Shown here in pieces: positions 27,863 through 38,292 of a stretch of 64,000 nucleotides of DNA. A program made the position numbers and the translations under genes. The notes beneath the pieces were generated by a model, which saw only the letters and a program-made list of their open reading frames with translations, made no database searches and was not told the DNA's origin. How positions within the stretch are numbered: the stretch's first letter is position 1; each line of letters begins with the position of its first letter. Source of the DNA: Candidatus Levyibacteriota bacterium (GTDB lineage: Bacteria; Patescibacteriota; Microgenomatia; Levybacterales; UBA12049); assembly GCA_963722305.1 (NCBI GenBank), contig CAVRKE010000002.1:187878-251877 (forward strand), read 5' to 3'.

Positions 27863-28285
27863 TTATTTTACCAACTCTCCTTTCTTTTCTTTTGAATTTT
27901 CGGCTTTTAACGTTTCCGTATTTATTTGAGTTTTGAGTTTTGAGATTTCAGATTTATTGTCTGTCAAGACAATCTTAATATGGCTGCCTCTTCTTTTGTA
28001 AGGATGCACACGGCCGCGCGTTGACAGATGATACCTTTTATAAGCCGGCGCTTCCAGAACATCAATTGATTTAATTCTTAACGCGTCCTGCTTTAAATTA
28101 TTATTGTTTAAAGCATTGGCAATGGCGCTTTTCAAAGTTTTTTCCAACGGCTCTCCGCCTCTGTTCTTTAAAACAGATAAAGCTTTTAATGCGTCTTCTA
28201 TAGAAAGTTTTCTGATAGCATCTGCTACCAGTCTTACTTTTCTTGGCGCCACTCTTGCCGATTTTGATACTGCAACAATTTCCAT
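27863..28285 (-). CDS. rplV: 50S ribosomal protein L22 with a C-terminal extension
   Basis: L22 core plus a K/E-rich tail that contains the 7-bp repeat at 27925-27955. Confidence 0.85.
   Translation of the reverse strand: MEIVAVSKSARVAPRKVRLVADAIRKLSIEDALKALSVLKNRGGEPLEKTLKSAIANALNNNNLKQDALRIKSIDVLEAPAYKRYHLSTRGRVHPYKRRGSHIKIVLTDNKSEISKLKTQINTETLKAENSKEKKGELVK
27925..27955. repeat. Degenerating 7-bp tandem repeat (TTTGAGT-like, about 4 units) inside the rplV tail coding region
   Basis: tttgagt tttgagt tttgaga tttcaga, counted directly. Confidence 0.7.
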
Positions 28286-28293
28286 AATTATAA

Positions 28294-28578
28294 TTAAGTC
28301 TTACAGATTTCTCGGGCTACCACTCTTCCGTGAGTTCTGAATGTTCTGGTCGGAGCAAATTCTCCCAAACGGTGCCCAACCATGGTTTCCAAGATAAAAA
28401 CATTGATAAAATTTCTGCCGTTATGAACAGCGAAGGTATGTCCGACAAATTCCGGCGGAATTTGGCAACTTCTTGCCCAAGTTTTAATCGCCGTTTTTTC
28501 ACCGATTTGCTTTTGCCTTTGCACTTTTTGCATTAATTTTGCGTCTATGTATGGTCCTTTTTTAGCACTTCTACTCAT
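28294..28578 (-). CDS. rpsS: 30S ribosomal protein S19
   Basis: S19 signature; 94 aa. Confidence 0.9.
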   Translation of the reverse strand: MSRSAKKGPYIDAKLMQKVQRQKQIGEKTAIKTWARSCQIPPEFVGHTFAVHNGRNFINVFILETMVGHRLGEFAPTRTFRTHGRVVAREICKT

Positions 28579-28600
28579 AATTTATAAATCTTCAGTCCGC

Positions 28601-29390
28601 TTAATTATGCGGGCCCTGCTTCCTCCTTTGTAAGATCATTTTATTTGAATATTTCTTCTTATTTCTGGTATTTCCAACCGCCGGTCTTCCGGCGTAAGTT
28701 TTCGGGGTAGTCATTCCGATTCCCGACCTTCCTTCTCCTCCTCCATGAGGATGGCTTCTCGGATTTTGCGCCACTCCCCTGACCGTTGGCCTAATCCCCA
28801 TGTGTCTTTTTGTTCCGGCCTTTTTAAAAACTCTATTTTTCCAGTCGATATTTCCTAAAGTTCCAATGGTGGCCATTCCTTTGGCCAAAATTTTTCTGAC
28901 TTCGCCGGAAGGAAGCCTTAAATGAACATAATCTCCTTCTTTGGCTGCAATCGTCGCGCTGGTTCCCGCTCCTCTGGCGAGTTGTGCTCCTCTCCCGGGA
29001 TTAATCTCAACATTGTGGACGACTGTTCCGATCGGCATGGCCGAAAGCGGCAGAGCATTTCCCAATCTTAAATCTACATCTTCTCCTGAAATAACTAAAG
29101 CGTTAAGCTTCAGGCCCTCGGGAGCAAGATATATCTTTTTTCTCCGTCCTTGTATTGTATCAAAGCAATATCACAAGTTCTATTCGGATCATATTCCAAG
29201 GAAACGACTTTCCCCTCAATATTAAACTTATCCCTCTTGAAATCGATAACTCTCATATATCTCTTCTGTTCTCCACCCTGATGTCTGACTGAGACTTGTC
29301 CGGATGAGTCTCTACCCGAATTTTTCTTTTTAATAAATCTTAAATTCTTCATATTATTTAATCCTGAGCATTGCCGAATGGATTCTTCAT
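28601..29390 (-). CDS. rplB: 50S ribosomal protein L2; frameshifted in this sequence
   Basis: N-terminal ORF (MKNLRF...GEKRYIL) and C-terminal ORF (...[19 protein letters not shown]...). They join in a different frame at about 29110-29120, next to an A6 run. Confidence 0.8.
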
Positions 29391-29685
29391 TTTTGTCCTC
29401 CCGTATCAAAGATTGAAATCTTCTGGCCTTCCTTAACTCGCACAATCGCTTTCTTAAACGGCTGTTTTATTACCTCAATTCTTCTCGTCCCGTTTCTTGA
29501 ACTTCTGCCTTTATCGTAATCGTTGCAACTTTTAAAACATTTACTTTAAATTGTTCTTCAACCGCTTTTTTAATCTCTTTTTTTGTCGACTGGGTTGAAA
29601 CTTTAAAAGTATATTTTCCTTTCGCAGCATCATTCATTGATTTTTCACTATTAATTGGTCCCAAAACAACATTTAAAGTATTCAT
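29387..29685 (-). CDS. rplW: 50S ribosomal protein L23; frameshifted in this sequence
   Basis: After ...ATITIK the L23 C-terminus ([36 protein letters not shown]) is in another frame. Adding one A to ataaagg restores it. Confidence 0.75.
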
Positions 29686-29686
29686 A

Positions 29687-30535
29687 TTATTTTAAAAACG
29701 TCTCCTTTAAACTATCTAGCGCATCTTTCATAAACAGAATTCTGTTATTTACCAAAACCTGATAAGTGTTTAACAAATTTGCCGGAACAATGCTTAAGCC
29801 TTCGATATTTCTGGCTGCTTTGACAACGTTTTTGAAATCTTCTTTTGTCCTTGATTTTTCATCCGAAGCTTTGACAAAAGATGGAATGACCAAAAGCAAT
29901 TGCTGATTTTTTCCGTTTAACTCCAGATGCTCGATAACATTTGCCATTTTTTTGGTTTTTGGCTCAATTTTTTCCAGGTTGGCAACAATTTTTATTTCCC
30001 CGTCTTTAAGTTTTGCCGAAAGAGCCGAAAAAAGGGCACTTCTCTTCATATTTTGATTAAGTTTTAAAGAAAAATCTCTCGGTTTTGGCCCGAAAGCAAT
30101 TCCTCCGCCGACAAAAATCGGCGCCGAAGCGGCTCCGTGCCTGGCCCTGCCGGTCCCTTTTTGCCTATAAATTTTTCTGGTCGAAATTGCCACTTCGCCT
30201 CTTGATTTGGTTTTTAATGTTCCCCGTCTTTGGTTTGCCAAGTAAACTCTGACCGCCTGAGATATTAACTGTTTGTTAATTTTGGCTCCAAAAATTTCTT
30301 CCGGTAAACTGACTCTTCCGGCAGCTGTACCTCTAAGGTCATACACTGTTAGGCTCAACGAATGATGAACTTCCGTTTGCGCCGCTTTTGTCCTGCTGGC
30401 GCTGGATTTCGCTACGATCAACTTACCTGATACTGTTTTTTTAGCAACTGCTGCTTTTTTTACAGTAACTTTTGATTTTTGCTTGTCCGTCTTAGCTTTA
30501 GTGACGGCGGAAGTTTTGATTTTAGCTGCTGGCAT
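29687..30535 (-). CDS. rplD: 50S ribosomal protein L4 with a lysine/alanine-rich N-terminal extension
   Basis: L4 core from about residue 60; 282 aa. Confidence 0.85.
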   Translation of the reverse strand: MPAAKIKTSAVTKAKTDKQKSKVTVKKAAVAKKTVSGKLIVAKSSASRTKAAQTEVHHSLSLTVYDLRGTAAGRVSLPEEIFGAKINKQLISQAVRVYLANQRRGTLKTKSRGEVAISTRKIYRQKGTGRARHGAASAPIFVGGGIAFGPKPRDFSLKLNQNMKRSALFSALSAKLKDGEIKIVANLEKIEPKTKKMANVIEHLELNGKNQQLLLVIPSFVKASDEKSRTKEDFKNVVKAARNIEGLSIVPANLLNTYQVLVNNRILFMKDALDSLKETFLK

Positions 30536-31410
30536 TTTCTTTTACCTCCTCGATTTCTGCTTTCACTTCTTCGTTTTGAACGCTAGGAGCTTGGATGTCT
30601 TCTGCTGGTTTCTCTTCTGCCGCTGGTGTTTCAGATTGAACTTCAACCACTGCTTCTGTTGCTCCTACCGAGGCTGGAGCTTCTGATTCGACTTCAGTTA
30701 CAGCCTCAGCTGTTTCCTCAACGGCTGGTTCTATGACAGGTTCTTCTACAATTTCCCTGTAGAGCGGCACAAATTTTTTATTGGTTCCCATCTTTTTGAC
30801 AACGACTATTGAATTTAAACTACCCGGTACCAAACCTTTAATTAACAACATCCCATCCGCTGTAACTTCAATTACTTCCAAATTTTTGACCGTCACTGTC
30901 TCCTGCCCCATCCTACCGGCCATTTTCTTGCCTTTATAAACTCTCCCCGGTGTAGTTGTCTGGCCGAGTGACCCGGGTGCCCGTTCTCTGTCCGATTGTC
31001 CGTGGGTTCTTGGTCCGCCTTTAAAGCCCCACCTTTTGACTCCGCCGGCAAAGCCTTTGCCTTTGGAAATTCCGGTAACATCAACGATATCTCCCGGTAC
31101 AAAAACATCCGAAACAGTTATGGCTGTTCCGGAAGTTGACACCTTCGGCATCATCGACTCTAACTTCTCTAAAAAAAGCAGGCGTGTTTGTTAAGCCTGC
31201 TTTTTTACTGTGATTGACAATTCTTTTCTTGGCCTTCTTATTAATTCCAATTCCAAGTTGAAGCGCATTATAACCTTCTTTGTCCGCCGATTTTACTTGC
31301 GTAACCACATTACCCGCCACAACCACACCGGACAAGGGGACTCTTGTTCCATCCTGCAAAAAGCCCTGTTTCTGATAAACTTTTTTGCCGATAAGTGCTG
31401 TCAATTGCAT
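30522..31410 (-). CDS. rplC: 50S ribosomal protein L3; frameshifted in this sequence, with an acidic C-terminal extension
   Basis: N-terminal ORF 31081-31410 and C-terminal ORF 30522-31154. Deleting one C in ttccgg (near 31127) joins ...DDAEGVNF to [14 protein letters not shown]. The C-terminal ~60 aa are E/A/V-rich. Confidence 0.8.
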
Positions 31411-31609
31411 ATTTATTTAAAAGGGCTATAAAAACAAAAAAAAAGCGCCCACATAGAGTCACTTTACTTACGAAAAAAGTAGTTTTAAGCTCTGCTATGT
31501 AGTTACAATCACCTCCTGATTTATAACCATTTTGTTATTTGTAATTATATCTGAGTGTGAACCTAAATGCAATAGGAGTAAGTAATGATAAATGATTGAT
31601 TATTGAGGA

Positions 31610-31756
31610 TTAAAGAAGTACAACCGGAACACGTAGTCCTTTTGCCACTAGTCTTTTAAACTGATTTCTACCAATTCTAACTATTGCTTCTTCTGTGGAT
31701 TCCTGAAGTTTTTGCGAAGATTTCTTTTTGGCATTAAACAAGAAATTTAAGTTCAT
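31610..31756 (-). CDS. Small hypothetical ORF (~48 aa) with a strong ribosome-binding site, in the rpsJ-rplC insert
   Basis: aaaggagaaaatATG. Product MNLNFLFNAKKKSSQKLQESTEEAIVRIGRNQFKRLVAKGLRVPVVLL. Not in the ORF track because it is under 60 aa. Confidence 0.35.
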   Translation of the reverse strand: MNLNFLFNAKKKSSQKLQESTEEAIVRIGRNQFKRLVAKGLRVPVVLL

Positions 31757-31915
31757 ATTTTCTCCTTTACGCTGTTTAAGGTCCTCGTTTCATGGGCTTA
31801 AAGTTTGAACCAAGCAATTGTAAGTCACGGTGAATCAAATCTCAGTCATGCAAATTACTAAAATCATGTAAATTCAGTTACAAAACTGCTTAAAACGAGG
31901 CTAATTTGAGGAGAA

Positions 31916-32495
31916 TTAAGGATTTGAAACTTCTTGATCGCGAATTGGTTCAACATTTTCTTTTTCTTCTCCGTTAACAATAATTTTAATGAATTGTGCT
32001 GGAAGAGCTTTTGAACTGTACATTTGTGGACCGTCTTGAAGATTAAAGTGAACATGCGGTTGACTAGTATTGCCTGTATTTCCGCAATTACCAATAGACT
32101 CGCCCTGTTTTACATCATCACCAACCTGTACCTTAATTGAATTGTGTTTAAAATGACAAAGCAAACTATATTCTCCATTTTTGTGATCAATAATTACAGC
32201 ATTTCCAACTCCAACGCTCCTGTCTCTTTCTCCCGGCGGCACATCAATTGATCCATCAATTACTTGAATTATAACTCCGCTAGCTGGAGATAACACTTCT
32301 TGACCAAAAACTTCATAATCTTCTAATCTTTTGCCATCTCGTAATATGTTCTTTTCTAAAATCATAAGCATAAAGCTGGTTTTGTGGACCGTCTTCTCTA
32401 AAATGGTTATTCGTAGTTGAATCACGTCCTCCGTTAGTCACCTTCCAAGTCCCGTTAAAGGGAAGAATTAAAGAAGTTTTTGTTTTATATTCCAT
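31916..32495 (-). CDS. M23 (LytM-type) metallopeptidase; frameshifted in this sequence
   Basis: The C-terminal ORF carries the IGNCGNTGNTSQPHVHF signature. The N-terminal piece (ORF 32313-32495, LPFNGTWKVTNGG...YAYDF) is in another frame. Confidence 0.75.
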
Positions 32496-32544
32496 GAAAT
32501 AATTATAGCAGAAGGTTTGGGATTTGTTAGAAATTTGGGGAAGA

Positions 32545-32855
32545 TTACATCCTGATTTCGACGTTTACTCCGGCCGGAAGCTCCAAATGAGTTAAGGAAT
32601 CAATGGTTTTTTCGGTTGGGGAAACAATATCAATTAATCTTTTATGGACAATTATTTGAAAGTGGTCTCTGGCGTTTTTATCGATGAAAGGTGAAGTATT
32701 AATTGCGTATACCGATCGTTGCGAAGGAAGTGGGATTGGCCCAACAACTTTAGCTCCGGTTCTTATCGCCGTATCTAAAATTTGCTGACACGTCGAGTCG
32801 ATTACTCTCGCGTCGTAACTTTTTAAGTCGAACTCTTAAGTCTTCCTTTTGGCAT
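32545..32855 (-). CDS. rpsJ: 30S ribosomal protein S10; a frameshift 8 codons after the start
   Basis: Body ...LKSYDARVIDSTCQQILDTAIRTGAKVVGPIPLP...LELPAGVNVEIRM. The N-terminal MPKGRLKS is in another frame; adding one T at agttcgac restores it. Confidence 0.75.
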
Positions 32856-32874
32856 ATTTCAATGTTCCTTTGAA

Positions 32875-32905
32875 CTAAAAAAAATGACCTTTCGGTCATT
32901 CATTT
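32875..32905 (-). terminator. Rho-independent terminator downstream of tuf (minus strand), between tuf and rpsJ
   Basis: On the minus strand: AATGACC-GAAA-GGTCATT followed by T8. On the plus strand it is A-flanked, so it could act in both directions. Confidence 0.6.
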
Positions 32906-32922
32906 TAGCATTTTAAGATAAA

Positions 32923-34107
32923 TTAAGCAATTATCTTACTGATTACTCCCGCTCCGACCGTTTTTCCACCTTCTCTAACTGCGAATCTTAAGTCCTTCTT
33001 CCATGGCAACCGGAACAATCAGTTTAACTTTCATTTTAGCGTTATCTCCGGGCATGACCATTTCAACACCGGTCGGCAGATTCTGCTTCTCCGGTGACAT
33101 CGGTTGTGCCGATATAGAATTGCGGTCTGTAACCGGTAAAGAACGGCGTATGTCTTCCGCCTTCTTCTTTGGTCAGAATATAAACTTCTGCTTCAAATTC
33201 TTTGTGAGGAGTAATTGAGCCCGGTTTGGCCAAAACTTGTCCTCTTTCCACATCGGTTTTTTCAATTCCTCGAAGTAAAACTCCAACATTGTCTCCGGCA
33301 ATTCCTTCATCCAAGGATTTTTTGAACATTTCAACTCCGGTTACAACTGATGCTTTGGTTGGTCTGATTCCGACAATTTCAACCGGCTCGTTGACTTTAA
33401 TTTTTCCTCTGGAAATTCTTCCGGTGACAACTGTTCCTCTTCCTTTAATGGAGAAAACATCTTCAATCGGCATTAAGAATGGTTTTTCGGTGTCTCTGAC
33501 GGGGGTAGGAATATAACTGTCAACCGCATCCATTAAATCCATAATTTGTTTTTCCGCTTCCGGATCGCCTTCCAAAGCTTTCAAGAGCACTGCCTCTGAT
33601 AATTGGCACTTCGTTTCCCGGATATTGATATTTGGTCAAAAGCTCTCTGACTTCCATTTCGACCAAATCCAAAAGCTCCGGATCGGAAACCATATCGCAT
33701 TTGTTCAAGAAAAACGACGATTGATGGGACTTGGACTTGGTGAGCGAGTAAAATGTGTTCTCTGGTTTGTGGCATGGGGCCGTCGGGGGCTGAAACTACG
33801 AGGATTGCACCGTCCATTTGGGCGGCTCCCGTAATCATGTTCTTAATGTAATCGGCGTGTCCCGGGGCATCAATATGCGCATAATGTCTTTTTTCTGTTT
33901 CGTATTCGACGTGGGTAATATTAATGGTCACGCCTCTGGCTTTTTCTTCAGGGGCGTTATCGATATCTTCGTACTTTTTGCGTTGGCTAACCCCTTCTTG
34001 GAAAGGACTGTCGCAATTGCTGCGGTTAAGGTTGTCTTACCATGGTCAACGTGGCCGATGGTTCCGATATTAACGTGTGGTTTTGTTCTTTGGTATACAG
34101 CTGCCAT
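32923..34107 (-). CDS. tuf: Elongation factor Tu; at least three frameshifts in this sequence
   Basis: Four overlapping ORF fragments together cover the full EF-Tu: [27 protein letters not shown]...; ...[28 protein letters not shown]...; ...[24 protein letters not shown].; ...[20 protein letters not shown]. Confidence 0.85.
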
Positions 34108-34338
34108 AATTTAATAAAAAATGACCTGTTCTGGAGGTCGAGAATAAATATACAGTATTTTTTACATTCAGTCAAGAGGGAAAATGACTATTTTTTAAGA
34201 TTTTGCAAAGAAAATGGGACCTAACAGTAGGTCCCACTCCGGCAGCTAATACCATATTGAAATGATACTAACATCCAAATCTGAAGAATCGCTTAAACAC
34301 CGTTTGACTTTTAATCCAATATCCTATAATATTGTTTT

Positions 34339-34863
34339 ATGAGAAATTTTGCGGAAAATCCATTAAGCGAACACGAAAAAGAAGCCTTACGTAATGACCT
34401 TAACAAAGAAGTTAGAAATGCTATCGATAGAGGTGATTTACGAACAGGCAGTTCTGATGGAAGAAAAATGTTGTTAATTGTAGAAACCATTCGTCCTACA
34501 GCTCCCGAACTTAATAAATTATTTAGACTAACTAGCCCTCAACCACTAATAGACGAAATTACTATTCCTACTAAAGATGAAAATCCAGTCATAAGAGATC
34601 GATTTGAACAAATAGTAGGTGTTCTTTGTTTTGTTAGAGGACAATTTCGTTTAGATTATGATAGAACTCGTTTTATGAGAACGCCCATGCATTTTCTTAC
34701 CAACGAGACCAGGGAAAGAACTCCCCTTGAGGTGTTAACCGAATTAGATGCCTTATCTGCATTCTCTGCGATAAGGGGTGGTGCTATCAGAGAATGGAAG
34801 AGACTAAAACGTCACGAGGCGAATAAGGCGCGAGATGCCAAAGCCCGTAGACCATTTTCTTGA
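34339..34863 (+). CDS. Hypothetical 174-aa protein on the opposite strand between fusA and tuf; HEPN-like Rx6H motif
   Basis: Intact ORF ending 1 nt from the fusA stop (convergent). Notably more AT-rich than the flanking genes and uses AGA/TTA codons. Contains R111-FMRTPM-H118 (Rx6H). Confidence 0.6.
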   Translation: MRNFAENPLSEHEKEALRNDLNKEVRNAIDRGDLRTGSSDGRKMLLIVETIRPTAPELNKLFRLTSPQPLIDEITIPTKDENPVIRDRFEQIVGVLCFVRGQFRLDYDRTRFMRTPMHFLTNETRERTPLEVLTELDALSAFSAIRGGAIREWKRLKRHEANKARDAKARRPFS

Positions 34864-34864
34864 C

Positions 34865-36976
34865 CTACTCAACTCTTCCGGTAAAGGTGGATTTGGCCAA
34901 CATTTGGGCCACAATATTTTGCGGAACTTCTTCGTAATGCGAAGGTTCCATGTAGTATGAAGCGCGACCCTGTGACATTGAGCGGATGGTAGTTGAATAA
35001 CCACTCAGTTCTGCCAGCGGCACCATCGCCAAAATGATAGTGGCTTTTCCGTGCTCTTCGGTTCCCATAATCTGGGCTCTTTTGGCACTTAAATCTCCGA
35101 TAACATCTCCCATAAATTCACTCGGGGTAGTCACTTCAACTTTCATGATCGGTTCCAGAAGTGCCATGTCGGCTTTTTTAGAAGCCACCTGTAAAGCTTT
35201 CGAGGCGGCAATCTTAAAGGCGACTTCGGAAGAATCAACCTCATGGAAACTTCCGTCATAAACAGTCACTTCCAAATCAACCACCGGGTAGCCCAGTAAA
35301 ATTCCGTTTTCCAAAGTTTCCTTAACCCCTTTTTCAATTGATTTAATAAATTCTGCCGGAATTGCTCCACCTTTAATTGCATCAACGAATTCATAACCTT
35401 CACCCCTTGGCTTTGGCTTAACTCTTAACCAACAGTGGCCGTATTGTCCGCGTCCACCCGATTGTCTGATATATTTTCCTTCCCCTTCCGCTTCCTTCTT
35501 GATAGTTTCTTTGTAAGCCACCTGCGGTGCGCCAACATTGGCCAAAACCCCGAATTCCCGCTTCATTCTATCAACCATCACTTCTAATTGCAGTTCTCCC
35601 ATGCCGGAAATAATTGTCTGGTTTGTTTCATGATTGGTCTTGATGGAAAACGTCGGGTCTTCTTCCGAAAGCCTTTTGAGGGCCAATCCCAATTTTTCCT
35701 GGTCAATTTTGGTTTTTGGTTCAATCGCCAAAGAAATAACCGGCTCCGGGAAAGTTATCTTTTCAAGTATAATCGGAGATTTATCATCACAAAGTGTGTC
35801 ACCTGTACCCGTATCTTTTAATCCGACTAAAGCCACTATTTCTCCGGCATAAGCTTCTTTGATTTCTTCGCGGTGGTTGGCGTGCATTAAAAGAATACGT
35901 CCGACTCTTTCGGTCAGATTTTTGGTGCTGTTGTAAATATAAGAACCGCCGGTAATGGTGCCCGAGTAAACGCGATAATAAGTTAATTTTCCGACATGTG
36001 GGTCAATCTGAATTTTAAATGCCAAACCGGCCAACGGTTCTTTGGCATCGGGCCTTCTTTTCTCTTCTTGCTCTGTTTTGGGATTATGCCCGATTAATTC
36101 CGGAACGTCTAACGGTGATGGAAGGTAGTCAACCACGGCATCCAGCAAGGGCTGAACTCCTTTATTCCTAAGGGATGAGCCAACAAAAATCGGCACCAGT
36201 TTGTAGGCAATCACTGCCCGTCTTAATGCCGCTTTCAATTCGTCATTGGAAATTTCTTCGCCATTTAAGTATTTTTCGGTTAAGCTATCATCCGTTTCGG
36301 CAATTTTTTCGATCAGTTGGTGTCGATATTTTTTAACCTCTTCCGCCATGTCGGCCGGAATTTCGTCAACGACGTCAAACTTGGCGCCCAACTCGTCACT
36401 TCCCCAAATGTAAGCTTTCATATCCATTAAGTGAACAATGCCTTTAAAGGTTTGTTCCGCACCGATTGGCAGCGCCATAATCAAAGGGTTTGCGCCGAGT
36501 CGGTCTTCGATAGATTTGACGGTTGCCAAAAAGTCCGCTCCGAGTTTGTCCATTTTGTTCACAAAACACAGCCTTGGCACTTTATATTTATCCGCCTGTC
36601 GCCAAACGGTTTCGGACTGTGATTGCACGCCCTCTTCCGCGTCCAAAACCGTGATGCCACCATCAAGAACCCTTAAAGAACGTTCTACTTCGGCGGTAAA
36701 ATCGACATGTCCCGGAGTGTCGATTATGTTGATGCGGTGGTCTTTCCAGAAAGCGGTAGTGGCGGCGGAAACGATGGTAATTCCCCTTTCTCTTTCCTGT
36801 TCCATCCAGTCCATTTGGGTTGTTCCTTCGTCAATATCACCGATTTTATAAGTTTTTCCGGTGTAATAAAGGATGCGCTCGGTAGTAGTGGTTTTTCCCG
36901 CGTCAATATGGGCAATAATGCCGATATTTCTAACCTTGTCTAATGTTTTTAATCTGTCTGTTGCCTCTTGCGCCAT
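34865..36976 (-). CDS. fusA: Elongation factor G
   Basis: [10 protein letters not shown]1 motif; 703 aa, intact. Confidence 0.95.
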   Translation of the reverse strand: MAQEATDRLKTLDKVRNIGIIAHIDAGKTTTTERILYYTGKTYKIGDIDEGTTQMDWMEQERERGITIVSAATTAFWKDHRINIIDTPGHVDFTAEVERSLRVLDGGITVLDAEEGVQSQSETVWRQADKYKVPRLCFVNKMDKLGADFLATVKSIEDRLGANPLIMALPIGAEQTFKGIVHLMDMKAYIWGSDELGAKFDVVDEIPADMAEEVKKYRHQLIEKIAETDDSLTEKYLNGEEISNDELKAALRRAVIAYKLVPIFVGSSLRNKGVQPLLDAVVDYLPSPLDVPELIGHNPKTEQEEKRRPDAKEPLAGLAFKIQIDPHVGKLTYYRVYSGTITGGSYIYNSTKNLTERVGRILLMHANHREEIKEAYAGEIVALVGLKDTGTGDTLCDDKSPIILEKITFPEPVISLAIEPKTKIDQEKLGLALKRLSEEDPTFSIKTNHETNQTIISGMGELQLEVMVDRMKREFGVLANVGAPQVAYKETIKKEAEGEGKYIRQSGGRGQYGHCWLRVKPKPRGEGYEFVDAIKGGAIPAEFIKSIEKGVKETLENGILLGYPVVDLEVTVYDGSFHEVDSSEVAFKIAASKALQVASKKADMALLEPIMKVEVTTPSEFMGDVIGDLSAKRAQIMGTEEHGKATIILAMVPLAELSGYSTTIRSMSQGRASYYMEPSHYEEVPQNIVAQMLAKSTFTGRVE

Positions 36977-37159
36977 ATAAATTAATTATAAATTATTAAT
37001 GATAAATGATTAATTTTGAACTTGCCCTTCCGAAGCTTTACGCGAAGGAGGGCTTAAAAAAACTCCCCTGCCCGGCTGCCTTCAAATGATGGCGTCGGGC
37101 CTTTCGGAAGAGTTCTAAAATTATAACATAAAATCAAAATCTAAGCTAGTGGATTAGAA

Positions 37160-38242
37160 CTATACCGAAGTAGGAGCAGCTGCTGTTGGCGCTTGAGTTT
37201 CGTTAGCAATCTCTGTAAGAGCAGACATTGCTTTTACTGTTGTCGTTCTTTCTATCTCCTGATCACGAAGGACTTTATTGGGAGTTTTTATTATTGCTTC
37301 CTCACGTTCATGCATTTGCTCAAAACTCAAGTGAGGTTCTGCCGGAATTGCATCTTTCTCATATCCTCTTCTTAATCCAGCTAATCGTTGCCGAAGATAG
37401 TTCCTCTCAATCTTGCTTCTTTGTACAGCTGTTTCATTAACAGGAATAACCAATGGATATAATTCATCAGGCATCCCACCTTCTACTAAAATTCTTTTTC
37501 TTAAAGTATCAGGATTAATCCCGGCATCTACTAAAAGCCTTTGCTGTAAATTCTTGGGGGGATGAACCCCGACTATTCGCAAAATCCTTTGTTTGAATGA
37601 AATAGTAGGATCAATCCCCGCATCTCGTAAAACACTTTGTTTTAATGAAAGAGGAGCATATTGCTCTTGAACGCGAGGAGAAGGAATGGGAAAACCAGCA
37701 GTCGCTCTTGCAATACTTCTTTGTAAAGCCTGCATTGCCTCTTCTTGCGTAGCATCTCTTTCCACATACAAGGGGACTCTAAGGAGTTCTTGCTTATAGT
37801 CCTTTTTAGGAATAATTATAATACCGTCACGACTGATGGTAGCATTTGCCATATCGGCATCAGAAAGATTAACCGGATCAAGAGGATGGGTTCCGGTTGT
37901 GGACTCTGTCCTTACTATCTTAGCTCCTGTTTCCATAACAGCAACATATCTTCCCGAAAGAATTGAAAATATTCCAACAGGCTCTGGCAAAAACACCACA
38001 GGAGAAACGCCATCATCAGGCTTAGCCGGCTTAAAAACAACGCCAAAAGGAGCAACTTTTTCCAATAATTCTTTACTCGCCCGAAGTCTATCTCTAGTAG
38101 CAGTTGCTGCTTCTTCTACTGGAATGTCTTTAAATACTGTAGCTGATGATTCTGAAGCTGTTGGTTTTTGCACCGGACCCTTCGCTGCTTCTTGAGAACC
38201 TGATGCGTCCGGTTGTGGTTCTACTCCTGGTGTTGTCGCCAT
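37160..38242 (-). CDS. Hypothetical 360-aa protein with a P/A/S-rich N-terminus and internal (Q)RxL(R/V)DAGI(D/N)P(D)T repeats; inserted between rpsG and fusA
   Basis: Intact ORF. Repeats QSVLRDAGIDPTISFK / QRLLVDAGINPDTLRK / RILVEGGMPDEL fall at about 37447-37642. No family recognised. Confidence 0.6.
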   Translation of the reverse strand: MATTPGVEPQPDASGSQEAAKGPVQKPTASESSATVFKDIPVEEAATATRDRLRASKELLEKVAPFGVVFKPAKPDDGVSPVVFLPEPVGIFSILSGRYVAVMETGAKIVRTESTTGTHPLDPVNLSDADMANATISRDGIIIIPKKDYKQELLRVPLYVERDATQEEAMQALQRSIARATAGFPIPSPRVQEQYAPLSLKQSVLRDAGIDPTISFKQRILRIVGVHPPKNLQQRLLVDAGINPDTLRKRILVEGGMPDELYPLVIPVNETAVQRSKIERNYLRQRLAGLRRGYEKDAIPAEPHLSFEQMHEREEAIIKTPNKVLRDQEIERTTTVKAMSALTEIANETQAPTAAAPTSV

Positions 38243-38292
38243 AAACCTATAATAACAACGTTCTTAAAACGTGTCAATAGAAAACGCGGAGA

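Noticed and set aside
31470-31500. CACCTCCT string resembling the 16S rRNA 3' end; possible rRNA fragment
   Set aside because: Only an 8-mer. No flanking rRNA-like sequence and no rRNA operon context.
34110-34160. aaaaaatgacct...aggtc weak hairpin upstream of tuf, resembling the tuf terminator sequence
   Set aside because: Only a 5-bp stem with no T-run in either orientation. Noted as similar to the 32875-32905 terminator, but not called.
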